A stretch of 62,309 nt of DNA, counting the filler. It is 6 parts of 6 records of this genome, joined end to end, with 100 filler letters (N's around TTAATTAATTAA, not from the genome) between each part and the next. Parts side by side here need not be neighbours in the genome. Positions count along the whole stretch, not along the records: positions 1 to 7,227 come from SRR31156797_22351; positions 7,328 to 15,599 come from SRR31156797_22356; 4 more parts are not named here. The stretch is one strand, 5' to 3'. Of this stretch, positions 1-9,807 are shown one piece after another. The translations under genes and the position numbers were made by a program. Numbering within the stretch: position 1 is the first letter of the stretch; each line of letters starts with the position of its first letter. The notes beneath the pieces are model-generated. The model was not told the origin of the DNA and did not search any database. It saw nothing but the letters and a program-made list of their open reading frames with translations.

Positions 1-1488
1 TCAAAAGTTGCACTTTTGATCAAACTCCTCTTTAGTCATTGTTAAAAGAGTAGTATCTATTGAGGCATTCTCTTTTTCAATAAGTGTTTTCATCTTCATT
101 TGAGCAATATCTGTTTCAAATGGACCTATAAAGATAGAGGTTCTTCCATCTTTATCATTACAAATAGAGATTCTTGCATTTGGAATATTATTATCTAAGA
201 TAAGATTTTTATATAGGTTATATTTAATACTATAAGTAGAGAGATAATAAAACTCCATAGGGGTAACTTCCATTTGAGGTTCAGGTATTGATTCTTTGAC
301 CTCTACTATCTCTAATGGTTTCTCATTATTATTTTGTACTTCATTAGGAGTAGTTTGCTGTACAGCTACTTCTTGAGTTTTTTCCTCTTCTTTTGGAAGC
401 TCTATAGGTTCTTCTTTATTTTGTTTTGCAAAAGCAATAAGCTCTTGTTCTTTTTGTAATTTTTCTAGACGTAGCTTTTCTTCAAGTTCTTGTTGTTGTA
501 ACTCTTGTTGAGATAAAACTTGATACTTTGTAAGTGTACTCAATCTATTATTGAGTCTAGTAACATCGATATCTTTAATAGTAAAATCCACTTTTTTAAG
601 AGTTTGATATTCTGTTGTTTTTACATCTTCTGATTTATTTTCTTGTTCCATTTGTTCTGTAGTTTGTTTCGGAGTTTCTTCTTTCTCTATCTCTTCTTCT
701 GAACTAAATAGCGTAAGGACTAAGATCAGTATAATTATTAAAGATATAAGTGCTACTAAGATGATTTTATTTCGTTTTGTAAATAGTTTACTGAATTTAG
801 ATTGAGAGGTATTATCCTCTTCCTCTAGATCATCCTTTTGTTCTTTTTCAATAGGAGCTGGAGTTTCTTCTGTAGATTCATCATTTTGAGTTTCTGTCTC
901 TTCTTCAGGTTCATTAATCTCCTCAGGTTCCTCTTCTATCTCTTCTTCTGGATAAAAAGTAGGTGCACTTTGAGCTATATTTGGAATAAATGGGAGAAAC
1001 TCGTCATGAAATCTTACGAAGATAAGAATAGGCGTTTCTTCAATATTTAAAGAGAATCTAAAAAGGTTTTCAATATCTGTTATTGTATCACCTTTTAATA
1101 TCTCTTTATGCTGAATATTAAATTTTGCAGATCCTAGATCTTCTATATTCTCAGCATTGAATGCAGTGACAAGTCCACCAGAGAGGTTTGAGACAAACTC
1201 ACTCATAGCATCTGATGTATCATCATCAATTGTTGAAGAGATATCATAATCTTCAGCACTCATCATTGTATTGAAAATAATTGATGCACTTGCTGCTGGA
1301 ATAAAAAATTCAAATAGTGTAGTAAGCTGCTCAAAAGCAAATTCTGAATTTACTTGTAAAAAATCAAAGTGATTTAGATCTCTTATATCAACTTGTGTAG
1401 TTTCATTTAAAGAGGAGTCTCTTCCTAAAAGACTTGTTAGAGTGGAACTTAGTCCATCTTGAATAATTTTTGAGAGATCAGTTGACAT
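1..1488 (-). CDS. FliY/CheC-like N-terminal domain, acidic linker, single TM helix and C-terminal SPOR-like domain
   Basis: N-terminal ~170 aa resemble Campylobacterota FliY (DAMSEFVSNLSGG); TM helix IILVALISLIIILILVLTLF; C-terminal TSIFIGPF is SPOR-like; lies downstream of flgG. Confidence 0.6.
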   Translation of the reverse strand: MSTDLSKIIQDGLSSTLTSLLGRDSSLNETTQVDIRDLNHFDFLQVNSEFAFEQLTTLFEFFIPAASASIIFNTMMSAEDYDISSTIDDDTSDAMSEFVSNLSGGLVTAFNAENIEDLGSAKFNIQHKEILKGDTITDIENLFRFSLNIEETPILIFVRFHDEFLPFIPNIAQSAPTFYPEEEIEEEPEEINEPEEETETQNDESTEETPAPIEKEQKDDLEEEDNTSQSKFSKLFTKRNKIILVALISLIIILILVLTLFSSEEEIEKEETPKQTTEQMEQENKSEDVKTTEYQTLKKVDFTIKDIDVTRLNNRLSTLTKYQVLSQQELQQQELEEKLRLEKLQKEQELIAFAKQNKEEPIELPKEEEKTQEVAVQQTTPNEVQNNNEKPLEIVEVKESIPEPQMEVTPMEFYYLSTYSIKYNLYKNLILDNNIPNARISICNDKDGRTSIFIGPFETDIAQMKMKTLIEKENASIDTTLLTMTKEEFDQKCNF

Positions 1489-1927
1489 CTATTGGGGTTT
1501 CCATTTTCTTTTTTTCTCGATTAGCTTTTTGTTGTGCTAATATTTTTTCTCGATTTTTTCTATAATACTCTTTTCTATACTCTTTTAGTTTCTCTTTTTT
1601 CTTATCTCTATACTCTTTATCATATTCTAATCGACTTTGTTTATGTTCATTATAATAATCTTGCTTTTTCTTTTTATATTCATCAATTTTATTTTTGATA
1701 ATATCTTCACGTGATTGGACATGAAGCATTTGCTTTTTTGCGATCTCTTTAAGCTTTGCAGCAAAGTTACCGCTAAAAAGCTCCACTTCATAATCGATTG
1801 AAGATGCGACTTTTTGCACTCTTTTTTGCTTTTTTTGCATCTTCGATTTAAGATAATAAGCTCTTTTTTTTCTTTTATGCTCTAAGAGCTTTTCTTCACG
1901 TAGTTTTTTTAGTTCTGCTAAATCCAT
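1478..1927 (-). CDS. Lys/Arg/Glu-rich hypothetical protein with 15-aa repeats
   Basis: 149-aa ORF 17 nt downstream of flgG and overlapping the next ORF by 11 nt; repeats KQDYYNEHKQSRLEY / DKEYRDKKKEKLKEY / RKEYYRKNREKILAQ. Confidence 0.7.
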   Translation of the reverse strand: MDLAELKKLREEKLLEHKRKKRAYYLKSKMQKKQKRVQKVASSIDYEVELFSGNFAAKLKEIAKKQMLHVQSREDIIKNKIDEYKKKKQDYYNEHKQSRLEYDKEYRDKKKEKLKEYRKEYYRKNREKILAQQKANREKKKMETPIDVN

Positions 1928-1944
1928 TGACTAATTTAAGCTAT

Positions 1945-2733
1945 CTATCTTTTTAATTGATTCACTGTTTGAAGCATTCCATCTGTTGTTTGGATAGATT
2001 TTGAGTTTGCTTCATATCCCCTTTGTGCAGTGATTAGATTTACCATTTCTGTCACAAGTTGTACGTTTGAACCTTCAAGCATCCCTTGTTGGATACTTCC
2101 CATACCATCAAGTCCAGCAGTTCCTGTAACTGGATCTCCTGAAATATCGGTTGCAAGATAGATACTATTTCCTTGAGGAGAAAGTCCTGCTGGATTAATA
2201 AAATCGATTAATTCTAATTGAGTGATCTCTACAGTTTCACTTGTTGTAGGATCAATTGCCGATACAATACCGTCACTTGAGATAGAAACATTTGTAAGAC
2301 CTTGAGGGATAGTTACTGTTGGTATCACTTCATACCCTAAACCGTTAACTAAAGTTCCCTCACTGTTAAGTTTAAATGAACCATTTCTTGTATATCCCGT
2401 TTCACCTGATGGAAGTTGAACTTGGAAAAAACCATTTCCTTGAATAGCTACATCATAAGTATTTCCCGTTGCAGTCATATTTCCTTGAAGAAAATTCTTT
2501 TGGATACCAGCTACCCTTACACCTAGTCCTGTATCAATCCCTGTTGGGTTTTTTGTATCAGCACTTGTAACACCTGCTGTGTAGTTTAAGCTTTGATACA
2601 TTAGGTCTTGAAACTCTGTTCTGTCTTTTTTAAATCCAGTAGTATTCACATTAGCAATGTTATTTGAAATAACATCAATATCTTGTTGTTGAGCTGTCAT
2701 TCCACTTGCTGCTGTGTAAAGTCCTCGAATCAT
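1945..2733 (-). CDS. flgG: flagellar basal-body distal rod protein FlgG
   Basis: MIRGLYTAASGM, NNIANVNTTGFKK, FQDLMYQ, LEGSNV...QRGYEANSK; 262 aa; AAGGAG RBS. Confidence 0.96.
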   Translation of the reverse strand: MIRGLYTAASGMTAQQQDIDVISNNIANVNTTGFKKDRTEFQDLMYQSLNYTAGVTSADTKNPTGIDTGLGVRVAGIQKNFLQGNMTATGNTYDVAIQGNGFFQVQLPSGETGYTRNGSFKLNSEGTLVNGLGYEVIPTVTIPQGLTNVSISSDGIVSAIDPTTSETVEITQLELIDFINPAGLSPQGNSIYLATDISGDPVTGTAGLDGMGSIQQGMLEGSNVQLVTEMVNLITAQRGYEANSKSIQTTDGMLQTVNQLKR

Positions 2734-2849
2734 TTTTTGCTCCTTAAATTATCTATTTAGCAGAATAAAATCAAATTACTCAATAATACTGAAAGTTAGA
2801 TTAAATTAATATAAAAGTAAAATTAAGAGAAAATTTAAACTAGTTAAAG

Positions 2850-2855
2850 TATAAT
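2850..2855 (+). promoter_or_regulatory. sigma70-type -10 box (TATAAT) upstream of cheY
   Basis: Perfect TATAAT 37 nt upstream of the cheY ATG in the AT-rich divergent flgG/cheY intergenic region. Confidence 0.5.
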
Positions 2856-2891
2856 CTGATAAGATTTTTGATTGCAATAAAAAGGAATACA

Positions 2892-3260
2892 ATGAGAATA
2901 TTGATAGTAGATGATAGTTCAACAATGAGAAGAATTATCGGTAACGTAGTGCAACAACTAGGCGTAGCCAAAGATGATTTCGATGAAGCTGAAGATGGTG
3001 TGGTTGCATGGAAACTATTCCAAGAAAAAAACAATTATGATGTAGTTTTAACTGACTGGAATATGCCTAATATGAATGGATTAGAACTTGTAAAACATAT
3101 TCGTACAGCTAATAAAACTATACCTATTGTAATGATTACAACTGAAGGTGGTAAGGGTGAAGTAATCACTGCTTTAAAAGCAGGAGTTAATAACTATATC
3201 GTAAAACCTTTTAGTGCAGAAGTATTAAAAGAAAAGTTAGACGGATTAGTTAAGGGATAA
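2892..3260 (+). CDS. cheY: chemotaxis response regulator CheY
   Basis: ILIVDDSSTMRRII, TDWNMPNMNG, ITTEGGK, YIVKPF; start moved to ATG 2892, which follows AAGGA. Confidence 0.95.
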   Translation: MRILIVDDSSTMRRIIGNVVQQLGVAKDDFDEAEDGVVAWKLFQEKNNYDVVLTDWNMPNMNGLELVKHIRTANKTIPIVMITTEGGKGEVITALKAGVNNYIVKPFSAEVLKEKLDGLVKG

Positions 3261-3263
3261 CCC

Positions 3264-4109
3264 ATGAGTATGAGTCAAGAAGAGATTGAAGCGTTGATGA
3301 GTGGAGCAGGTGATGTTCCTCTTGAAGAAGATGAAGATGTTTCAACTCAAGATGATTCTTCAGAGGAAGTAGAAGAGCCTATAATAGAAGATGTAGATGC
3401 ACAACCTGATACTGAAGAAGTTGAAGAAGGTGAAGCTACTGATGATATGGAAGAAAGTGATAATATTGATGATCTTTTAGCAGGGATTGATGGTATTGTT
3501 GATGATGAACCAAAACAGGCTAAGAGTGAAACTGAAGATAATAGTGCTAATATGGAAGATCTTATTGATCAAAACCAATATCCTCTTCCTGTTAAAAATG
3601 AGAACAAAGTTGTAAATCAGCTGAATCAAGTAGCAGATGATAGTGAAGAGAAAGCATCACAGATATTTGATGTATTGAGTTTTATTCTTGATGAAAATAA
3701 TGAAATAGCCAATTATAACAATAGTATGGCAGAGTTTATTCAAAAACAAGCAAAATTGTTAACAGCATTATCAACAAAATTCCCGAATATTAATATATTT
3801 CAAACTAATCTTGAATTAGCCAATGAACTTGTAGAGACTTCTAAGAATCTTTCCGCTAAAGTAGATGCTGAAAACAATAAAGTATTTGAAGCAATGGAGT
3901 TGATGCAGTACCATGATATCAATCGTCAAAAGATCGAGAGAGTTATGGCAGTAATTCGAAAACTTAACAGCTATTTAAATGGTATTTTTGAAGATGAATC
4001 GGATAGAGCAGAAGTACAAATTGCAAAACATATCTCTGGAGATTCAAATGAAATTGTTGATGCAGATGATCTTGAATCATTAATCAATCAATTTCAAAAA
4101 GAGGAATAA
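3264..4109 (+). CDS. cheZ: Campylobacterota-type CheZ phosphatase
   Basis: SQEEIEALM N-terminus, MQYHDINRQKIERV (DxxxQ motif), C-terminal DDLESLINQF CheY-binding peptide; directly follows cheY. Confidence 0.8.
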   Translation: MSMSQEEIEALMSGAGDVPLEEDEDVSTQDDSSEEVEEPIIEDVDAQPDTEEVEEGEATDDMEESDNIDDLLAGIDGIVDDEPKQAKSETEDNSANMEDLIDQNQYPLPVKNENKVVNQLNQVADDSEEKASQIFDVLSFILDENNEIANYNNSMAEFIQKQAKLLTALSTKFPNINIFQTNLELANELVETSKNLSAKVDAENNKVFEAMELMQYHDINRQKIERVMAVIRKLNSYLNGIFEDESDRAEVQIAKHISGDSNEIVDADDLESLINQFQKEE

Positions 4110-4113
4110 TACA

Positions 4114-4839
4114 ATGACACAAGGACTACACCCATTAGCTGCTAATATGGTCAATCAACTCAATCGTGTTGATGTGGTATCAAATAATTTAGCAAATGCA
4201 AACACTGCAGGATTTAAAAAAGATAATCTTGTTGAGGGCTCTTTTAATAATTATCTTGATAAAGCTTTACAAGAAGGGAAAGAACCATTACAACTTAGTA
4301 GTGTAATGAACACTGTTCCTAAAATTGATGGGAAATACATGGATGAAGAGTATGGGTCACTTGTGGATACTGGGAATGGGCTTGATTTTGCACTGAGTGA
4401 CAAAGATATGTTCTTTAAAATTCAAAATACAGATTCAAATAGAGTAGAATATACAAGAGATGGTACATTTAAAGTATTAAATGGTGAACTTGTTACACAA
4501 AATGGATATAATGTCCTAGATGGAAATAATCAACCAGTAATAGTAGATGATGACAATGCTTTTGTTGGAAATATTGGTGTAGTAAAAACTGAGTATACAA
4601 ATTTAGATAAAGTTGGAAATAATAATTATACAGTAAAAGATGAAACGCAGATTCAAAATATCGCAGATAGTGGAGCTTTTGTATTGCAAGGGGTGTATGA
4701 GCAGAGTAATGTAAACACCATGCAATCAATGGTTGCTTTAATTGAGGCGCAAAGAAAATTTGAACAAGCTCAAAAAGCTATTAATGGTATAGATGAATTA
4801 AATGCGAAACTGATTGAAAAAATCGGTAACAATCAATAG
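4114..4839 (+). CDS. flgF: flagellar rod protein FlgF (FlgG paralog)
   Basis: SNNLANANTAGFKKD, YTRDGTF, EQSNVN...AQRKFE. Confidence 0.8.
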   Translation: MTQGLHPLAANMVNQLNRVDVVSNNLANANTAGFKKDNLVEGSFNNYLDKALQEGKEPLQLSSVMNTVPKIDGKYMDEEYGSLVDTGNGLDFALSDKDMFFKIQNTDSNRVEYTRDGTFKVLNGELVTQNGYNVLDGNNQPVIVDDDNAFVGNIGVVKTEYTNLDKVGNNNYTVKDETQIQNIADSGAFVLQGVYEQSNVNTMQSMVALIEAQRKFEQAQKAINGIDELNAKLIEKIGNNQ

Positions 4840-4849
4840 GTAATTGTAT

Positions 4850-5248
4850 ATGCAACCAAGTAAAGTAACAGATGTCTTATTTCAACAGTTAAACTTTAGG
4901 GGAGAAAGGCAAAAAGTACTCTCTTCTAATATTGCTAATCTAGATACCCCAGATTATAAAACAAAAGAGTTGAAGTTTGAAGACCATATGAACAAGCTTG
5001 GTAGCTCTTTACCTTTATATAAAACTCATCCTGCACATATGTCTTTATCAAATGATATGCTAAAAAGCTCAATGAGTGTTTACGAAGTACAAGGTTTGGA
5101 AGAACAAAATGATGGAAATAATGTAAACCTAGATACCCAAATGAGCGAAATGTCAAAAAATGCAACAATGTTTCAAGCCTTGCAAAACTCTATTAAAAAA
5201 GATTCTGCTTGGTTTAAAAATGTTATAGATGCATCTAGCAAAAACTAA
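4850..5248 (+). CDS. flgB: flagellar basal-body rod protein FlgB
   Basis: RQKVLSSNIANLDTPDYK and DGNNVNLD motifs; start is ATG 4850 or TTG 4844. Confidence 0.92.
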   Translation: MQPSKVTDVLFQQLNFRGERQKVLSSNIANLDTPDYKTKELKFEDHMNKLGSSLPLYKTHPAHMSLSNDMLKSSMSVYEVQGLEEQNDGNNVNLDTQMSEMSKNATMFQALQNSIKKDSAWFKNVIDASSKN

Positions 5249-5265
5249 CAGGAAATATATAGCAA

Positions 5266-6939
5266 ATGGATCAACTTCTTAAATTTATTAATAACCTAAA
5301 TACTGGACAAAGAGCTGTTATTATAGGTGGATTTTCAATTTTATTTTTATTTTTAATTGGACTACTTGTTTATTCAAATGTAAAGTCTCAAGATGAACAA
5401 CTTAATTATACAATAGGATCAAATTTAACAAAAAATCAAGTGATGATAGCAAGTGGGGAATTAGATAATGCAGCTATCCCTTATATTGTAGTAGGAAATG
5501 GGAATAATTTAACTTTAAAAACAAATAAAGAGAATATTAATAAAGCAAAACTAAAACTAGTAACAAGCGATTCTGGTATATCAAAGCATGCTGGATGGGA
5601 GCTTTTTGATAAGAGTTCTTTAGGAACTACAAACTTTGAAAATCAGGTAAAATATTTACGAGCTTTAGAGGGTGAACTTGGTAAATCTTTAGAAACATTG
5701 TCAGGAGTACTTTCAGCATCAGTAAAAATTGCAATTCCAAAAGAGACAGTATTTACCCAAAGAAAAGTTCCACCATCGGCATCTGCTGTATTAAATCTAA
5801 GAGAAGGAGTTGCTTTATCTCAAAGACAGATTCAAGGGATTAAAAACTTTATAGCATCATCAATACCAAAATTAACAATAGATAATATTAAACTTATCAA
5901 TCAAAATGGAACACTTCTAGAAAATTCTCAAGATGATCTTGATAACATCAAATATATACAACATGAAAAATATAAAAATCAATTAGAAAATAGTTTTGAA
6001 GAGAAAATTAGAGCATTATTACGTCCTATTTTAGGAGATGAAAGAATGTCTGCAAAGGTCTCAATCGCATTAGACTTTACAAGAGAAGAGATATCGCAAG
6101 AGATATTTGATCCTGAGGGGACAATACGAAGTCAACAAACTACAGAACTTGCAGAACAAAAAGACACAGAAGAACAACTTCCTGGTGGAGTTCCTGGAGT
6201 TCAAAGTAATATAGAAAACCCTGATCAAGAAAATGGATTGAAAACATCTAAAAGTTCAAAAGAGGAAACAAAAAACGTAACAAATTATGAGATCACAAAA
6301 AAGATCATTAGCCAAAAAGATAATGCATATGCAACAATAGCAACAATAACAGCAGCAGTTACTTTTGATTCTGCAGTTTTAGAAAAAGTTGAGAATAAAG
6401 ATGCATACTTAAATGACCTTACTGCTATTGTACAAGAAGCGATTGGTTACCGAGAACAAAGAGGTGATAAAGTAACTGTTAAGCCATTTAAGTTTTTAAC
6501 TTTAGAAGATACTAAAACTGAAGGGGAAGAACAAGGTGCTTCAATTGGTGTAACTACAACTGTCAATGCTTTAAAAGAGTATCAAGAGTACATTCAATAT
6601 CTTATTGCATTAGTATTACTTTTCATCTTCTATAAAAAGTTTATTGCAAACAATGAGATAGCTTTAATGGGTGAAGGAGATGGGAAAAAAGGTGAAGGTG
6701 GAGAACTTGATGAAGATTTTGATTTTGATGAATTTGACGGTGCTAGTGAAAAGTCAAAGTTAAAAGCGAGAGTAAAAAGCCAGATCTTAAATAACCTTGA
6801 TGGATTAAATGAAGAGGAAGCTGCTAAATATGAAGTATTAATTGAACAGATTGATAAAGCAGTAACAGATAATCCTCAGGATATAGCAAAAATGATTGAG
6901 ATGTTACTTCAAGAGGGTGACAATAAGTTTAAAGCATAG
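5266..6939 (+). CDS. fliF: flagellar MS-ring protein FliF
   Basis: N-terminal TM, GWELFD...LGTTNF...RALEGEL, PGGVPGVQSN, NYEI, second TM. Confidence 0.95.
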   Translation: MDQLLKFINNLNTGQRAVIIGGFSILFLFLIGLLVYSNVKSQDEQLNYTIGSNLTKNQVMIASGELDNAAIPYIVVGNGNNLTLKTNKENINKAKLKLVTSDSGISKHAGWELFDKSSLGTTNFENQVKYLRALEGELGKSLETLSGVLSASVKIAIPKETVFTQRKVPPSASAVLNLREGVALSQRQIQGIKNFIASSIPKLTIDNIKLINQNGTLLENSQDDLDNIKYIQHEKYKNQLENSFEEKIRALLRPILGDERMSAKVSIALDFTREEISQEIFDPEGTIRSQQTTELAEQKDTEEQLPGGVPGVQSNIENPDQENGLKTSKSSKEETKNVTNYEITKKIISQKDNAYATIATITAAVTFDSAVLEKVENKDAYLNDLTAIVQEAIGYREQRGDKVTVKPFKFLTLEDTKTEGEEQGASIGVTTTVNALKEYQEYIQYLIALVLLFIFYKKFIANNEIALMGEGDGKKGEGGELDEDFDFDEFDGASEKSKLKARVKSQILNNLDGLNEEEAAKYEVLIEQIDKAVTDNPQDIAKMIEMLLQEGDNKFKA

Positions 6940-6955
6940 GTGAAAGGTATAAAAT

Positions 6956-7227
6956 ATGGAAGCAAATCATGAATTAATTGATAGTATGCCTATGATAGAA
7001 AAGGTTGCACACTTTTGCGTGTTAATTGGAGAGGAAGCAACAGTAAAAATATTTCAAAACTTATCAAAGGATATGGTTGAAGATCTTTCAATTCAAATTT
7101 CTCAAATCCGATCAGTTGATAAAGCAGTTTCTCTTGCAATTTTAGAAGAATTTCATGTATTTATACGATCAAGTGCTTATATCAGTTCAGGTGGATTTGA
7201 TTATGCTAAAGATATTTTATATAAATC
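6956..7227 (+). CDS. fliG: flagellar motor switch protein FliG (5' fragment, cut by block end)
   Basis: EKVAHFCVLIGEE and GGFDYAKDILYK FliG-N motifs; follows fliF. Confidence 0.88.
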
Positions 7228-7327
7228 NNNNNNNNNNNNNNNNNNNNNNNNNNNNNNNNNNNNNNNNNNNNTTAATTAATTAANNNNNNNNNNNNNNNNN
7301 NNNNNNNNNNNNNNNNNNNNNNNNNNN
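7228..7327. other. artificial contig linker
   Basis: 44 N + TTAATTAATTAA + 44 N. Confidence 0.99.
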
Positions 7328-7329
7328 GC

Positions 7330-9765
7330 GAAAAAGTATATGGTAATAAAATCTTTGGAGCAACAAATTTAGGGTACGATGATCCATATCACGGATGGCA
7401 TCACAGTCCTGCAGGTATGGGTATTTATCAGGACTGCTTTGTGGAAGCCCGGTCACCACTGCATATTCATGATGTATTCGTAAGGCCTTTACTGGAAACA
7501 AATGAAGCTGAAATATGGCTTGAAGTAAATAATTACCATCAATTTAACAAGGTTGTAAAGTTTAGCTTATCCGTTTTTGGTCAGAATTTTGAAGAAACCG
7601 TTATTGAAGATTTGGAATACATTCCTTCCACCGTGCATATTCCAGGAGTTGGTGATTTAACCAAACCAACCGATTGGAAAAAAAATAATCTGCCTTTGGG
7701 ATACGGGATAAATTTTCTGAAAACGAAAGTGAAAATTCCGAATCCTAAACTTTGGTGCAACGAAACCCCCTGGCTTTACCAGTTACAAGTAAAAATGTTC
7801 AACGAAAAAGATGAACTTACCGATGTACAGTCGCAACAATTTGGAATGCGATCGTTTACCATGGATACAGTATCTGTGCCCAAAGGAATGATGTACCTCA
7901 ACGGTGAGAAAATCCGCTTGCGTGGAGCTAACACCATGGGCTTTATGCAGCAAGATGTTTTCAAAAAAGACTGGGATCAGTTGATCGACGACATTTTGCT
8001 GGCAAAAATCTGTAACATGAATTATTACAGGCTCACACAGCGACCTGTTCAACCCGAAATTTATGAATATTGCGACAGGTTAGGGATAATGACCCAAACC
8101 GACCTTCCGTTGTTTGGCGGCTTGCGCCCCAACCAGTGGGCTGAAGGAGTAAAACAGGCGGAAGAAATGGAACGTTTGGTACGCAGCCATCCTTGTAATA
8201 TAATGGTCACGTATATTAACGAGCGTTTTCCGAATGCAGAAGGATCTCCACAACGAAGCATGTCCACCTATGAACAATATGCTCGTTTTTTCATAGCTTG
8301 CGATCAGGCGGTTCACATGGCTAACCCCGACAGGGTGATAAAAGCTGCAGATGGAGATTACGACCCGCCATCACCGGGTTTGCCCGATAATCATTGTTAC
8401 AATGCCTGGTATAACGGTCATGCGCTAGGCTTGGGCGAATTGCACCAGGGACACTGGATTCCGACAAAACCCAACTGGTATTATGCTTGCGGGGAATTTG
8501 GAGCAGAAGGATTAGACCCTGTGGATGTGATGCAAAAATATTATCCAAAAGACTGGTTGCCACAAACAAAAGAAGAAGAGAAAAACTGGAACCCGGGAAG
8601 AATTGCAAAAGCTCAAACCCAGAATTTTCATTATTTGTGGTTTAATACACAAAAAACGCAGAAAGATTGGATTGAAGCCAGCCAGGAGCATCAGGCATGG
8701 GCAACTAAAACGCTGGCAGAAGCATTTAGGCGGGATTCCAAAATGGTATCTTTTGCCATTCACTTATTTATTGACGCCTGGCCCGCCGGCTGGATGAAAA
8801 CCATAATGGATGTAGACAGGCAGCCCAAAAAGGCATTCTTCGTTTACCGAGATGCTTTGGAACCACTTATGGCTAACCTGCGTACAGACCGTTATCATTT
8901 CACCAGTGGGGAAGATATTCAAACCGAAGCGTGGATTTGCAACGATTTGAACCAATCACCTGAAAATTATTCATTGAAATACCAGTTCGAAAAAAAGGGA
9001 AAAGTTGTTTTTGCCAATAGCATTACACCGGAAATCCCGGAAAACAGTTCACTTTTTCAGGGCTATATCAAATTTAAAGCGCCAAAAGTAACAAAGCGCA
9101 CAGCCTATACCTTGCGTTTAGGTTTATTCGATGAGAGTGGAAATGAAGTTAGCCAGTCAACATTAGATCTGGAAGTATTTCCTGAAAAGCAAATCGCAGC
9201 TAAAAATGTTTTTGTGAGTTCAGGCAATGGAAAAGCAGCAGAGCTTTTGAATGAATTGCAAATAAGCCCCCAGGCATCGTTAAATGAGGCTGCCGTTATA
9301 TTGATAGATGATATTAATTGGTACGAACAGAACAAGGCGAAAATAGATACCGAAGCACAAAAAGGCAAACGGGTCGTGTTTTTGGATTTAGATGCAGGTG
9401 ATTACAGCATTGCATCAAGCAACATAAAAGTTGAAAATACCATTATGGGCGAATACTATTTTGTTTCGCCAACCACAGGTCACAACATGGTATCCTGGGC
9501 AAAACCGATGGATTTTAAGTTCTGGTACAACCAAAAAGAAGAATGCATTCACCCTATTATCAGTCGTGTTTTTAAAGCAGAAGGATGGAGTCCGGTACTT
9601 AACTCAGGACGCACCAACTGGTCGGGAGATCTGGGGCCATACCTGGCAGTAGCTGAGAAAAAAGTCGGACAAGGCAGCTATGTAATCTGTCAGCTTCAGC
9701 TTAATAACCGTATCAAATCGAATCCAACAGCATTCTTGTTTATTAATGAAATGATTGATTTATAA
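7330..9765 (+). CDS. glycoside hydrolase family 2-like protein (5'-truncated)
   Basis: Frame is open from the block edge (EKVYGNKIFGATNLG...); PKLW..ETPWLY, FGMRSF, LNGEKIRLRGAN, RSHPCNIMVTYINE, GEFGAEG. Confidence 0.8.
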   Translation, partial: EKVYGNKIFGATNLGYDDPYHGWHHSPAGMGIYQDCFVEARSPLHIHDVFVRPLLETNEAEIWLEVNNYHQFNKVVKFSLSVFGQNFEETVIEDLEYIPSTVHIPGVGDLTKPTDWKKNNLPLGYGINFLKTKVKIPNPKLWCNETPWLYQLQVKMFNEKDELTDVQSQQFGMRSFTMDTVSVPKGMMYLNGEKIRLRGANTMGFMQQDVFKKDWDQLIDDILLAKICNMNYYRLTQRPVQPEIYEYCDRLGIMTQTDLPLFGGLRPNQWAEGVKQAEEMERLVRSHPCNIMVTYINERFPNAEGSPQRSMSTYEQYARFFIACDQAVHMANPDRVIKAADGDYDPPSPGLPDNHCYNAWYNGHALGLGELHQGHWIPTKPNWYYACGEFGAEGLDPVDVMQKYYPKDWLPQTKEEEKNWNPGRIAKAQTQNFHYLWFNTQKTQKDWIEASQEHQAWATKTLAEAFRRDSKMVSFAIHLFIDAWPAGWMKTIMDVDRQPKKAFFVYRDALEPLMANLRTDRYHFTSGEDIQTEAWICNDLNQSPENYSLKYQFEKKGKVVFANSITPEIPENSSLFQGYIKFKAPKVTKRTAYTLRLGLFDESGNEVSQSTLDLEVFPEKQIAAKNVFVSSGNGKAAELLNELQISPQASLNEAAVILIDDINWYEQNKAKIDTEAQKGKRVVFLDLDAGDYSIASSNIKVENTIMGEYYFVSPTTGHNMVSWAKPMDFKFWYNQKEECIHPIISRVFKAEGWSPVLNSGRTNWSGDLGPYLAVAEKKVGQGSYVICQLQLNNRIKSNPTAFLFINEMIDL

Positions 9766-9807
9766 CGAATTACATCTAATACAAAAAAGACTAACAATTT
9801 AAATGAG

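Noticed and set aside
7272..7283. TTAATTAATTAA recurring five times as a possible biological repeat
   Set aside because: Always flanked by exactly 44 N on each side, so it is a synthetic scaffolding linker
7280..7501. ORFs that span linkers (7280-7501, 15648-15842, 42344-42616, 57073-57351)
   Set aside because: They run through N runs and are antisense to real genes
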